Source: Vitrella brassicaformis CCMP3155 | Lineage: Eukaryota; Protista; Chromerida | DNA: 64,000 nucleotides | Assembly: GCA_001179505.1 (NCBI GenBank) | Contig: CDMY01000476.1 | Location: 1 to 64,000, forward strand | Direction of reading: 5' to 3' | Part shown: in pieces, positions 1-13,629 of the stretch | How positions within the stretch are numbered: position 1 is the first letter of the stretch | How the letters are laid out: each line of letters begins with the position of its first letter | The notes under the pieces: generated by a model | Told to the model about the DNA's origin: nothing | Databases searched by the model: none | Seen by the model: only the letters and a program-made list of their open reading frames with translations | Translations under genes and position numbers: made by a program

Positions 1-1333
1 TCCCCCGCCCCCACCGCCAGATGACAGCAAAGAAGCCCTCGCCATCGATGAGGGGCTTGATGACGACGCCAAGAGCCACCGGAGCAACGCCGCCAAGACC
101 GAGGAGTCCGCCGACGAGAACAACGCCGAGACGTTCGCCGGCTTGACGACCCCGCAGGCAAGCTCCTATGGTGCCACGCCTGTGCTGGGAATGCATCAGC
201 ACCAGGGGCCATACGGTGGTGCTGGTGCTGGTGGTGCTGGTGGTGGTCAGATGAACGGCATGCAGCAGGGGGCCATCATGGTGCCAGTGCCCTACCCAAT
301 CATGAACCCCTACTTCGGCGGCGGCGCGGCCGCGGCCGCGGGAGCTGGGCCTGGTGGTGGGGGAGCAGCTGGGGGTGGTGGGGTTGTTGGGAGTGGTGGT
401 GGCCAGCCGATGGCCATGGAGGGGGGGGAGATGATGGGCGATGGACATCCTGGCGGCTTCGGCGACATGCAGCACTACCCGGCGTACCCCGGCGGCATGA
501 TGCACCAGGGAATGGGCATGGGCATGGGCATGGCTGGTGGTGGTATGCCGTCGCCGGCGTCGCTGAAGCGTCGCGACGAGGCGGCGGCCAAGGCGTTGGT
601 TGAAGAGCAGAAGAGGAAGCGGCAGGAGCACCAGGCTGCGCTGAGGAAGAAGGTCGTCGACATGCTCATGGAACAACTGTAAGACACACACACGCAGTGG
701 GAGGGAGGGAGACAGAGAGAGGGAGGGATGCCACTGAGAGGCGTGTCTCTCTCTCTCTCTCTCTTGTCAGTGAGACGGTGTTTGACGGCAAGTACCTGGG
801 CCGCAACATACAGCTGCGCAAGAGCATGTGCCAGCAGACGGGATGGGTCAGCGAGCAAACAACCACCCTCGTGCAAGCCCCCCTCCCCGTCAACCTCTCT
901 CTCTCTCTCTCTCTGGTTCACTCAGGTGTCTCTGAGCATCGTCCTGTCTGGAGGTCGTTTGGAGCAGTTCATCCGGGAGCACCTGACTCCCGAGCTGCTG
1001 TCGTCCCTGCAGACACCTGCCGAGCGTGACTTCGACCACGTCGTGCTGCACCTTCTCCAGGACGCCATCAAACAATCCGAGAGTGAGCTAAGAACCAGCC
1101 GGCCACACGCAGCGAGCATTGAAAAAGGTTGTATAATCTATCAGTGTTGGAGCTTGATGGCGAGGGCACCCGTCTCCGTCGGCAGCATGACTGGAGCCTC
1201 TGGTTGCTGCCCGGCAAGAAGTTCGCACCCTCGTCTGTGGCCAAGGTACGCAGTCAGGCACACTTGCAACGCCGCGCCCACGCACCCCTAGTGCAATGCA
1301 CGTCTGTGTGTGCCTTTCCCCCCTATCAGAAGG

Positions 1334-1364
<31 letters not shown>

Positions 1365-1500
1365 GCAGCAGCAGCAATCGGCCGCCACATCAGCAGCAGG
1401 GATGCTGGGCTCGATGCCCGGGTCCGGTGCTGTGAGCGGGTCCTTGGCCGCCGCCATGGCGCCCACCATCACCCCCAAGATGCACCTGCGGGAGACCTGA
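1..1500 (+). CDS. La-motif (winged-helix, LARP-like) RNA-binding protein, 5'-truncated by the window; Gly/Met-rich region before and poly-Q tail after the domain
   Basis: Exons 2-678, 771-846, 926-1082, 1145-~1245 and ~1330-1500 join through GT-AG introns into ...MEQLETVFDGKYLGRNIQLRKSMCQQTGWVSLSIV...QDAIKQSEMLELDGEGTRLRRQ. This matches the La-motif pattern QLE-x-x-F...L...GWV...S-x-x-LEL...G...RR. Confidence 0.65.
1333..1376 (+). repeat. Coding CAG/CAA poly-glutamine tract
   Basis: Mixed CAG/CAA run translating as a run of Q in the last exon of the La-motif gene. Confidence 0.9.
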
Positions 1501-3662
1501 CGACACCATGATGCAATGCGTACCATACACACACACACACACACACACATGGCACAATGCATCGTGAATGAATGAGTGCTTTTGGCAGTCGTTTTTCCCC
1601 TGATTGGTGCGTGGCGTGGGTGGGTGGGTGGGTGGGTGGACGGATGGACGGAGTGGTGTGGGTGGCGGTTGGTGTGCTGTCTGTGTGCCCTGGGGTGGGG
1701 CTGGGCGGGGGCTGTATAGAAAGAATGAAAAAAGGAAAACACGCAGTGATGGACGCCGTCTTTGTCATGCAGGCCTGTGAATGGGATCCATGGGTGGGGG
1801 GGCTGAATGACTGGATGGATGGACAGACGCGATGCGATGCGATGCGATCTACTTTGCCTAGATATCGTCCTACGTATGTTTAATTCTGTCTGTCTGTCTG
1901 GCTGTCTGTCTGTCTGTCACGCGCCAAGCACGCTCATGGATGCGTGGCGTTGCGTGCATCGGGATCAGCCAGCCATACGATTGCCTATCGCTTTGCTTTG
2001 GAATCAATCGACTGAGAGAGAAATGGGTGGCTGGCGATTTTGGATGGATGGATGGCTGTGGGTCCGGTCGTGCCGTGGCTTGGCTTGTCTGGCTGTCGTG
2101 CTTTGTCACAAACTGCTTAGCAAAGCGGACAAGGAGAAGAGGGGAAAGAGCGCGAGATAGATAGGTAGACAGACACAACCAACAAAGGCCGGGCAGAGCG
2201 GGGCGGGCCCACTCACCTACCCTACTCTCTCGATCGATCAATCATTGTTTTTGAGTCCGTCCGTCCGTCCGTCTCTTCTTTCCGTTGTGTTTTGTGCTCG
2301 CTCTTCTATCTATGTGCATGTGATGTGTGTCGATTGATGGACCCTACGAAATACACAGATGCACACGTACGTATGGCTGTCTTGTCGGTTGCTTACAAGG
2401 GCGGGAGCAAGGGCAGGGCAGGGCAGGGGAGGGAAGGGGAGGACGACAGGGATGGCACGTTATGGCATCCATCCCTCCCATCAATCCATTGGGGGCGGCT
2501 TTAAATTGAGAGAATGATGATGGCGTTTGCCGTGGGAGCCATCCGTCCATCTAATCTGCCGATTGGGGTGGGTGGGATGCATCGAACGAATCGAGACGAT
2601 TGAGGGGGGCGAGTGAGGTTGTGGAAACGTATGTAGCTGCAAGTGATCATATCGGAGGCACCCACTCGCTCTCTACCTCCCCGTCTGTCTGTCTGTCTGT
2701 CTGGCCGACGACGAAGAAGGACGACGTACTTGCTCCCTTATTGTGTCTGTGTGTCTCTGTGTGTGTGTGTGTGTATATATCGAATATCCTATCCACGCTT
2801 TGTCGCTTCGCTTGACTGCTTGGTTGATTGATGTCTCCCCGCCTTCTTGGTTGGTTGGTTGGTTGGCTTGTTGGTTGCTTGCGGACGGACATAAACAGAT
2901 AAATAAGTGAAGTCAGCCCCCTCGCTTGCTTGATTCCTTGATTCCTTGAATTCTTGCCTTCTTGCTTCCCTGCATGTGCCGTCTTGTGTTGTGTTGTGTT
3001 GTGTTGTGCTCCGTCGTGTGCACGTCATGTGGGTGGGTGGATGGTGGCCATGGGGGGGTGGGTTGAAGCATGAGTGAAGTGTTCTGTGTTCGGGGAGGGA
3101 GTGGGTGGGGCGGGATTTGTGCACGAGACCGATGAATGAATGGATGCCTGTGTGTATGTGGTGCTCATCATTTGCCAGCGATTGTCTTGTTGACAGAGCC
3201 ACACCTGCCTGGACGCCCTGTGCATGTGGCGTCTGGAGTTGACCGTGCGAGAGAAGGGGGCAGACGAATCCTTTGCCTCCCTGCTCTTGACGAGCATCTC
3301 CGACGCCACGTGGTGGGGCAGACAGCAGGCAGGCAGGCAGTCAGACCAGGGAAAGAGAGGTCAGCACAGGGAAGAAGGAGTGCCTTTCCTCTACTCTAGT
3401 ACTGAATCCGTCACGACACAGATTGGTTATTCTCTCACTGACCGACAGGGCACCATGTTCATACGTTAGTAGGGGTCCATGATGCTGCGATGCGATGCGA
3501 TGTCGTCATGTCACATGATGTCCGTGCTCGACGGCTGGCTGCATGGTGCGTGTGTGATTGACTTATTGAACGAGCTGCCACTTAAGCTGAAATGTCAATC
3601 GTCAAGAGAAAAGGACAAAGGCGCTCTCAGCCGATATACAAAAAAGTCATTCAACAGCCGTC

Positions 3663-4957
3663 TCATTCACACGAGTTGTCGCGTCCATGCACCCGATCCA
3701 TCAGGTCCCGCAACACCCGCTCAAAGTTGGCTGGCTGCATCAGCCAGAAGTGCCCCTGCCCTTCCAGCACATTCATCCGGCTGCCAGGCAGCCTCCCATG
3801 CACCATCCTGCCAAGCTCAATCGGGACAAACACATCCGCGTCGCCCTGCCATAGCGTCACTCGCCGACCCCTCCCAGCGCCGAAATCCCACCTCTCGCCC
3901 CAGGTCGGTGTGTCCCGGCCCTCCAGACAGGCATCGTACGTCACACCAGCGGCGCCCTGCTGGAAGGTCTCCCTCGTGTCGGCACAGAAGAGGGGCGCCA
4001 TCTCTGGATTGTGCAGCACCTCTCGATCCGCCTTTTACGCTCCGAAAAAGCTTGTGAACAACCGCAGAGCGGTTGATGGGGACGAGGCCGCCGCCTTCAT
4101 GAGCGCATTGGTCACGGCGAAGGACACACGAACGCCCCACGGCAGATTCTTCAAAGCCCAGTACTGCCACCGAGTGGCAAAGGGCAGATTGCGGAACGTC
4201 CCACGGTCAATCGACGAAGCGGGCAGTGACCTGCATGATAGACCCACACAGGTCACTGCCAGGATCACTGCCTTGTGGGTGTGCGTTCCCTCTCCCTCCC
4301 CTGTTAACCCAGCCACAAATGTTGCCGCGCGAAGCGGCGATGCCGGCAGGTGATAGAGGCAGCTCAGCACATAGGGCCCGCCGCCAGAGATGCCGAGGAC
4401 GGCAAACTCAGCCACTCCCAGGTGCCTCGCTAGGGCGCCGATAAGGTCAGGGAAGTCATCGATGGACCGGTTGGGGGCGAACTCTGATCTCCCCACGCCC
4501 GGCCGGTCGGGCGCTATCAGACGGACACCTTGGCTGCGCGCAGCGATGGCTCCGGAAAGGGACGAGAGGCGGGACGCCGGCCATCCATGGATGAAGAAGA
4601 CAGGCCAGCCGGACAGGTCACCGCATTCGAGAAAAGCCACCCGTTGACCTGAGGGAGGCACACACACGGCAGATGGGATAAAGACCTCATTGGTTCTCAG
4701 AGAGTGTGTGTGTGTCAGCGTGCGGGAGGATGTCGGTCACCGTCTATTGTCGTGAATGTTTCATCTTTGTACTCGCCGACGCGCTGCCTCCACTCATCCC
4801 AAGAGCTCGAGCTCGGAGCAGTCAACATGGCCCTCGAGCTGCACAGCAACAGCGGCCTGCGATGGATCTGCCAGAAAGGAGATGGATGCCTGGAAATGGC
4901 CGCAAAAGCAGCTGCGAAAGCGAAAGGAACGTTGTGGGCCTTCAGCGCCCGCAACAT
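3663..4957 (-). CDS. Alpha/beta-fold hydrolase (AB hydrolase-1 type) with a mitochondrial-transit-like N-terminus
   Basis: Motifs present: HGWP oxyanion motif, APDRPGVGRS, nucleophile elbow GISGG, acid in WQGDAD and His in EGQGH. The first exon (ATG 4957, MLRALKAHNVPFAFAAAFAAISR...) is Arg/Ala/Ser-rich with no early acidic residues and splices in frame to ...TIDG|QRVAFLECGD. Confidence 0.85.
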
Positions 4958-5422
4958 GACTCACACCACACGATCGACAGAGCGCTTTGAGCTCTCGATG
5001 CCTCCAAGCTTGCACCACCCTGGCCAAGCTGCGGCCAGTGTCCTGATGTGGCGTGATGGCTGCTTTTACCATCCGACGGCTCAGCAGATCGTTTCCCCCG
5101 TCTGATTGACGTGGACGTCGGACGGACGGGCGGCCGCTCCCTTGTCTTGCTTGTCTGGTTTGTGAATGTTTCGTGTGGCATCCCTGCGTGTCGTGGGCTG
5201 TGGATGGATTGAGTAGAAGGAACTCTCTGTCTGCATTAATTGCAATTCAAAACACTCATGCACTGAACACAGCGTCATTCGATCATTCATTCCGTCACGC
5301 GCAGGTGGGATGAAGGTCTCATATGTAAGAAGCTCTCTCACACAAGAGAATGTGTGAGAGACAGCCAAGCATCACAATCATTCAGCAGTCCGACTGCAAG
5401 CACACACGCACGCACAACTCGC

Positions 5423-8400
5423 TCACTGGTTGTCCTCAGGCTGTCGTTTCTCTGCGGCAGATGCAGGTGTGGGCGGCGCCTCCAGCTTCGGCGGGGGTGT
5501 CTTTGGTGGTGAGGGAGGTGTCACCTCTCCATCCCCCTGGCCCTTCTTCTTCTTGGCCATTTTCCGAGACGGCGGCCTCACTATCTTCACAGGAGACCTG
5601 CCAGCCGGTGTGCTCGCCCTGCTCACGGCTGTGCCGGGACGGCTGCCCGTGGGCGTCGTGTCGGCCGAGGCAGGGGCCGTCTGCGGACGCCTCTCGATTG
5701 GGAGAGGGGGCGGGGTCGACGGTCCGGCCGATGACGGCTCCTGCTGCTGCTGTTGCTTGGCCATTTGCTGGTCTCTGGCCAGTTGTTTGGCTTGTGCCAC
5801 TGACGCTGCGACCCTCTCTTCGATGGCCTTCTCCTGCGCCTCTTGTTCTGCTGGGGGTGTCTTGGGCTTGGGGCGACGCTTCGCTTTGGCCTTTCCCCTC
5901 CCCTGTGGCCGGCTCTTGCTCTCAGGCGAGGACGCATCCCTCTCGCTGCCGTCCTTGTCGGCCTGCTGCTGTGGCTGTGCCTGTGCCATGTCTCCTCCCC
6001 TCTTCACCTGCATCAGCGGAGCCGCCACTGCAGCAGCCAGGACGGTGGCCGGGCTGCTAGCCTCTACAGCTGGGTCTGGCTGAGGCAGCTGCATGTCGAC
6101 GGGCCTCTCTGTCGGCCTGGGCACTGCCTTGACGGGCTCGGCGGCCTCTTTCGGCCGCTCGCGTGGTGGTGTCCGGCGTGAAGAGGGGATGGCTGGGGAA
6201 GTGGATGGCGGCTCCGCGGCGCTTGGAACGTCGTTGGGGCTACGGACGCTGATGTCGTGAGTGGCGAAGCAGGTGAATGTATTGTATTAGTGTAGTCACT
6301 GCTTGTTTCTCAGGTGGTGCTTACGTGAAGTTGGTGTGTTCCTCGATGGCTTGGTCTGACCTGACGGCCCTCTTGGTCGTCATCGGTCGCTTTATGCGCT
6401 CCAACACACATCTGACAGCAAGACAGAAGGGAGAGAACAGAACACGAGACACGGGCATGGGAGTGGGAGTCTCTCTGGCTGACCTCAGCCTCTCAATAGC
6501 CGTGTCCACGGCATCGATGTTGCCGGGCAGCAGCAGCTGGAGGGCAAACTTGATGAAAAGGAAAGCTGCAACACACAAACAGCATGGCCCTCACCAGGTG
6601 CTGCATGCACGTCTCTCTCATGTCACGCACCGAAGCAGTAGAAGAACAGGGACTCTAGCGCGTCAAGTGGGTCGTCGTCATCGTCGCCCTGCGGGCCGTC
6701 CTCCGCCTTGGGCAGTATCCCGCCAGCACTGCGCACTTTGGCCGTGAACGAGAGCAGTGATGCGTTCGTGAAGATGGCAAGGTAATTCAGACCACTGAAC
6801 GGATAGAATGTAACACATAGAGTGACGGACTGCTTGAAATTGTGATTCAGACGGCCCACCTGAAAATGGCATGCCAGCATCCGATGTCGAACTCTGCCTG
6901 TGGGTGAGGTCTTCTGACTAGCGTCTTCAGCTTTGTCGTGTCGACATAGAGCTCAAACAAAGAAGCCAGGAAGACCAGCAGACCAGCGAGAGGGAATGAA
7001 ATGGAGAACAGGGCGAGAAAGCCGAAGCTAATGCTCAGCTCGAGGTAGTCGTTGATAGTTCCGTCATACGCTAGGACAGCCTCGCCGTAGGGGTCCATCT
7101 CCATCTCGCTGTCGACTTGTTGGATGATCCTCGACACACCCTTCGCCCCACCTGGCCCACCCTTGACGCCGTCCTCCTTTGTCCGCTGCCTTTCTTTCCA
7201 CTGTGCGACGATCCACGGCCTGCCAAGCTCCACCACGTTCATCAGGGCCCGGATCACTATCAGCGAAGTCAGCTGGGCATTAAGCTCATCCATGCAGTCT
7301 GAACACACAAACAGAGTGAGACGGACGGGCATGTGAGGGGTGGGGTGCGTTGCGGTGGGTGCATTACTTGGTCGACAGCCTTCTCTGTGCTCCTTGGCAA
7401 AGGCAATGAAGAACAGTGAAGCATACGAGTTAACAAACTGAAACCCAAGACACACGCAAGAGCACAGTGACAGTGCCTCCCTCCCTCCTCTTGTGAGAGA
7501 GAGGTACCATAAAGAGGAAGCTCTTGACCGCATACGAGTACTGGAAGAGGGAGTATGTCCGGTGGTTCTCCCACTTTGTGAGCGCCAGACAGACCGGCCG
7601 ATAAGCGGCGTTGAATATGTTCAGCTACACGTAGATGAGACGACGGACCACACACATTGTGCAGGCGCCACGTCTTATTCTACCCACCTGAATGGCGGTG
7701 AGGAGACCGACGACGTGCCCGCTCATATCGTAATCGAGCACATAAAACCACCCCTTGTTAGCAAATGTTTTCTGCAGCACATGCATGTAAGGACGGACAG
7801 TCATTATCCTCTCGCACAAATGTCTAATGTCTCACACACCTTGAGCGATAAGATCAGGATGACAAGTCCCAAAGCAACGAGCGAGAAGAGCACACTGACA
7901 ACGGCCGCGACACTGATGCGGGCATATTTCCTCAGAGGAGCGAAGTAGAGCTCGCCGGGCTCCCCAGTCACCGGCGAGCGCCGCAATATGCCGAAGAACT
8001 GCATCCGCGGGGGCTCGCTCACCGCCTCCTGGTGTCCCACACGCCCGAACCATAGAGCAATGCGCAGCTGTCTGCAATACAACCGACAACGGCTTCGTGT
8101 GTGTGTGTCTGTGTGTGTGTGTGTGCCTACTTCCTTTCCCATGCGATCAGAAAGCATGTGGTCCAGATTGAGAGGAAGAGGGCGTTGACCAGTCCAACAC
8201 GATACTCGAACTCATCATCGAAATCCAAGTAGTACAAAATCTGAAAGGCCACACCAAAATCTGACAGGACAGTGGCTACACTCCTTCTCACCTGGAAAGC
8301 CATGCCAAGAGCAGCGGGCCAGAGCATGCACGCCGAATAGTGCCGCAGGAAGCAGAAGTACACAGCGATCTTCTCGCCATAGTAAAACGCCTCATTCCTG

Positions 8401-11400
8401 AGGCGACATTCCAGCACAGAGAGACACCAGTGAGAGGAAAAGCTTTACCGCTCCCCAGCCTCCCACCCACCTATCCTCAAACATGGCCCCTAGGCATCGT
8501 GCGGTGCTTCTGAGGCAGCCACAGCAGCCTTCGTCGGCAGGTCTTTTGAACAGCAACGCACCAGAGGCCTGTATGAATGAATCGCTCAGACAGAGACACA
8601 GCAGTGTGCCTCTAGTGTTGACGGACACAACACACCGGCCCCAATCGCACCTCTTCAATGGTGTTCTCGACGGCCTGCTCGTCGTCCTGAGTGACGTCTC
8701 TGTGCTCCTGCGCCCGCTTGCTCCACCTGGAAGCCATCTCGCCGCCGTCATCGATCATCACACGTGCTGACGGCACCTTGCGGTCGCTCTGCGCCTTTGC
8801 TTGTGTCGCTGATGCGCCCTTGTTCGCGTCTGTGTCGTCTTCTGGTGTGACGAATGACCGCATGAGGGCATAGAAGGTCTCAATGGAGGTGAGGGCTGTC
8901 ATGCGCAACGGCAGGTGGGCGTATAGCTTGTCAACAGGGCGGACTGCAAACGAGCAGGGAGGCAACACAGCGGCTCGGCTGTTTGCTTGTTTTTTGTTCC
9001 TTTGCACCAATTGGAAAGAAGTCAACGACAAGGTCCTCTGTGATGAGCGTATAGAGGTCGATCTGCCTCATGATCTGGTCGTAGATGAGCCGCAGACGGT
9101 CAGTGGGGCTGAAGGGAATCGACACACTCGCACCTGCGCCAACAAAATGTCCGATGCGGTGCTTGTGGGTGTGCCCGTGTCTCTGTACGTCTCACCTGTC
9201 TTCAGCTTTCGGCATGGATATCTTGACCACAGCAGCGCGTGATAGGTGCGATCGTACTCGGCCAGCAGACGGGTGACAGGCTGGCGCAGACCTGATATGG
9301 GGGGCACCAAATGGCGACGGGCATTCTTTTCTGTTTGATCGCCCCATCCATCATCGCTTGTTTACCCACCGAGTCGCTGCCACACCGACTTCAGCTCGAG
9401 CTGTCTCATCTTGACAACCAGCTTCCGGCCCCACACGCCCTCCTCCCGCAACCGCACCCTCGTCTCCAAGTTGACCTCCCGCATGGCGTGCAGGGCGTCC
9501 TTGCCAGCCTTTCTCTCCTCCAGGTACCGCAAATACGTCCGCTCAATCTCGCCCCTCACTGCCTCCTCTGCCTCGCCCCACTCGTCGACATACGCCTGTT
9601 CCGACGTGGGTGTCTGGGCACTCTCCTGCGTGGCCGAGGCGTCGGGCTTGGCGATGTTCAGGCGTTTGAATGGCGCGGACAGGGCTGCGGTAATGTCTAT
9701 GATGCCAGGGGTTGCGGCTGGGGCTTTGGGTCGCTTCTTGGGGGCGGTTGTGTGTGCGAGGCGTTCCAGGCTGCCTCGTCTCCGTCGAAAGTACGCGGCC
9801 TGGGCCTGGATGGAGCCGTTGGTCGTGGACTCTTCCTGCACACACGTATGTCGTCGATGCATGAAGGCGCCCTTGTCCCCCTCCGCCCGTGTCTGTCTGT
9901 TGCATACCGCTTGTTTGAGCATCGTGTCGGTGAGGTCTCGGTATGCGCTCTGCACCTGTCTCGACTGTTTCTCCTGCGGGCCTGCGTAGAAGAGCTCAGC
10001 CAGGGGAGTGAAGCGGCTGGTGCAGGGCTCGTAGCTCTGAACATACCATGAATGGGGCATAAGTGGGCCATCCGTGTTTGGCATGAGTACCTCAGGGTCA
10101 GCGACGAGTAGGTTGATAGCCAGGGGATATCCCCTGCGGAGAGCGGCCGACTCGAGGTCTTGCTCGTCGCACGCCACCAAAATGTAGATGAACCTGAGAC
10201 ACACACACACACACACACACACATGGACAGCGCGATCTTTTGCTTGGTTTCACTCACTGGTAGTTGGACGAGAATGCCATCTCTACGGTGAAGTTCAGAT
10301 GGTGTACTAGCTTCGTCACAATCACATTGCGCACCTGACATCCACACAGACACAGACACGAATATTCGTAGCAATTACCTCCCATCCGTCCAATCGGTCC
10401 ACCGACCAGTGACATGAAGTCAAAGCACGTCACTGGCGTTCTGGACTGACACCATCCATGGCCAGCTGCGACGAACGAGCTGCTTTGGGGCGCATTGTTC
10501 GCAGGGGGAGCGGTCGAGTCGGCGTCGGCTTGATTGCTGGGGCCTGACGCTCGTGGCTTTCCTGCTGCTGAGCGATCCTCCTGGGAGACACACGACATAA
10601 TGCAGCCAATGAAGGAAGGTACGTGAGACGAAAGGCATTATTCTCTTCGTACAGCCGGCGAGAAGCCTCCTCCGTGAGACCAAGCTTTCCTCTCGGACCC
10701 GTCCCTTGCGAGCTTCTCCTCGCCGCCCACGATGGGAATATGGACTTCATCGCTTGCCACCTTTGAAGAGCTCGCAGGCTTTCTTTTGCACCAGCCTTGT
10801 CGTCTTGGGGCGTTAGGCAGCTGCTCAAAGGCCTGCATGCGACAAACATGGCCTCAGCTTAAGGCGCTCTCAGTGCTTGCTTTTGGCTTGCTTGTTTCTC
10901 ACCTCCATGAATTTTTCTTCTTCGACTTTAAATCGCCGCTGCTGCTGACTGACGCCGTTGACGAAGACCTCTTCGCCTCTAAATGACTTCCGGAATAGGG
11001 CCTCGGCCTCTTCGTACGTCACGCCCCTCTTCCTCTTGGCTGTGGAGGGGTGATCGGGGTTGGGCACCTATATATGAGACAAACGTAGAATCAACGCCCA
11101 CACACACCGACATCCCCGAATGATTTGCAGGTGAGGCTGTTGGTTGCTTACAACGATGACATAGTCCCACTGCAGCACCCCTTCGTGAAACTTGGCATTC
11201 TGAGAGACAACTGCCTTGCCATCTCCCTCCCGAGCATCCCCAAGGAAGAAGTGCACCAGCCTGTCAGCCCCGGCAGCCCCACCATGTACCCCCTGACCCG
11301 TCTCAGTTTCAGTCTCCGTCGCGGCCGTCATTTGCGGGATCTCTGCTCGGGGGGCCGCTTGCCTTTGCTTGACGAGCCTCTTTTCCGCTGTGTCGAGTGC

Positions 11401-11818
11401 CTCTCTGAGATGGGCCGCCTCCTGCCTGGCCTTCCTGAGGTGCGAACGGGTCTGATCCAGCTCGGCAAGCACATCATCATGGGCAGTTAGTATGTGGGGC
11501 AGGGAAGATGGGGAACTGGCCAGCTCGTCGCTCGCAGACGATTGACGTCCCTGTGCGGCAGACACAGATACATGGATGGGCCGGGTATGGATGGAATCTG
11601 TTGCCTGTCGTCACCTGCTGCTGCCTTAATATGCTGTCCTGGATGTCCAAGAGGCTGTGGAAGGGCGGACTCTCCATCCTGCGGAGCGCCTGCTCGTAGG
11701 TCTGGCTGAGGTAGGCGATGCTCTCTTCCAACGCCTGAATGTCCACCGTCCGTGCTGGATCCTGGGATGCTGGCGAGGAATCCATCCTGTCGTCTCTCTG
11801 TGGCATCAGATTGTGCAT
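5423..11818 (-). CDS. Anoctamin/TMEM16 family Ca2+-activated channel or scramblase with long N- and C-terminal extensions
   Basis: Family segments: WDYVIVV, YYGEKIAVYFCFLRHY, FQFVNSYASLFFIAF, DGTINDYLELSISFGFLALFS..FPLA, ELYVDTTKLKTLVRRP..IGCWHAIF. Many exons; both ends approximate. Confidence 0.9.
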
Positions 11819-11897
11819 TCGTGGGGAGATTGCATGCAGTTAGCTCGCAAACGATCTCCCTCAGTTTCGCGACTGCTCTCCCCCCAGACCACGACGA

Positions 11898-13386
11898 ATG
11901 GAGGCGTACGAGTGTCCTGTGTGCCACGAAAACATCTACTATGACGCAGCTCGGCGTATGATGCAGGCCGATGTGTGCGGACACAGAATGTAAGTGACTG
12001 CCGGCAGACACACACACAGCGCAGCAGCATCACCTGTCTGTTGTCTGTTGTGTGCGCCCTTCAGATGCTCCAAGTGCGTGGACAAGCAGTGTAAGGCAGC
12101 AGAAGAGCTCATCGCCTGCCATCTTCTGTGTCGCGTGTGTGTGTGTCACACAGATCAGAATCACTACACGATAGCGTGTCCCATCTGCCGGAATCCCATC
12201 AACAAGGACCAGTGGGGCGACAGAGAGCCGGACCAGAACGTATATGACGGCGAGAAGAGAGTCCGCAGGGACGTCAACGCGGTGTAAGCACAATCGAAGA
12301 CAGACAGACAGAGAGACAGGTGTCCGTGGTGGGTCTTCAGGTACAATAGGACGAGGGAGGACTTCGCCAACACGCCACTTTACAACGACTACCTCGAGGA
12401 GAAGGAGGAAGTCGGTAAGGATGGCACCCACAGAGGCAGCGCGGCATCGGACACCGGACTCACCCATCTGGCTGTGTGGTTCGCTCCTCTGCTGTGTGTT
12501 TTCTTCCTCCCTCCTCTCCGCCTTCAGTGTATGTGTTGGTCTACAGCAGCCGAGAAGAGGAGAAAGCGGAGGCGCGCACCAAGCTCGAGAAATACCGCAA
12601 CGACAACGCCACAGCCATATCGGCTAACAGACAGAAACAGGTCGGACGGACACCTTCCACAAATAAATGACACCTGACGGCCGGCCGGCCTCACTGCTGT
12701 TTGGTCATTTTCAGGAGGATCAGCTGGCGCAGAAGATCCGCGACATCGTCAGCAAGGAAGGGGACTTCTACGAGCGCGTCAAAGTCAAGTTCCAGCCCGG
12801 ATTCGCACCCGCAGCGCAGAACCTAAAACTCACACACGTATGTATGCGTGTGTGTATGCGTGTAATCGAGGGCACCCAGTCCGTCCGTGTATGTATGTCT
12901 GTGTCTGTCTGTTGTGCTGTCTGCCTGGCAGCGTCTGAAGGTGCAGTACTCGCATCTCTTCAGCGACACTGCTTCTCAGCGAAGGGCGGCGGCTGCGACA
13001 GCAGGGGCATCGACCGGATCTGCCGGGCTGCCCAGGGTGAGACGGACGGATGGACACGCACTCCCTCTTTTTTTGTGTGTGTACCTGTCGGGACGCGTGT
13101 GTGCGTGTGGCCGATTCATGCAGCCGTTGGGCGCCTTTCCCAGTGAGGATCGGCCGATGCCGTCTGAGCGGGCAGACTACCAGAGAGCTGTGTAAGTGCA
13201 ACGAGCACCCGCACGCACATGCCCCTCCCTCAATCGTGTATGTATCTGTGTGTTGTTGCGGTGTTGCTGGCTGGTCGTCGTTGGTCGATCAGCGAGGCGC
13301 AGAAGGCAGCGGGAGGGTACAGTGCAGCGCTGTGCCGCCGGAAGGCCAGGCAGATCCTCTACGACCCCTCCAAATGGTCCACCTGA
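11898..13386 (+). CDS. MNAT1: CDK-activating kinase assembly factor MAT1/Tfb3 (RING finger)
   Basis: N-terminal C3HC4 RING (CPVC...CGHRICSKC...CPIC), followed by EKRVRRDVNAVYNRTREDF...YNDYLEEKEE and a C-terminal AGGYSAALCRRKA, all typical of MAT1. Confidence 0.9.
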
Positions 13387-13629
13387 ATGAAGTCTGGAGC
13401 GAGCGACTAAGGAGGGTGGATGGTATGAGAGTGCTGCGACAGACAACGCGGGTGTTGATATGATATCGTGGGACGTGCAAACCGTAGACGAACATGTTGG
13501 TGGAGAAGTGAAGAAAACCGGAATACATAGTCCGTTCAGACAGACACACACACACATGGTACACATGGTCCGAGGGGTCGGGGGGAGTGGCGTGGACCCT
13601 TCGGACCAAAACATGAGACAGGCTATCGA

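Noticed and set aside
3025-3340. Coding-looking stretch (MASEMLVKSREAKDSS... on minus, WRLELTVREKGADESF... on plus) in the 1.5-3.6 kb gap
   Set aside because: No motif and no convincing splice chain on either strand; insufficient support for a gene.
3592-4353. Long antisense ORFs over real genes (also 15338-16180, 55030-55812, 5430-6083, 29551-29982)
   Set aside because: These are shadow frames expected from GC-rich codon usage; the opposite strand carries recognisable family motifs.
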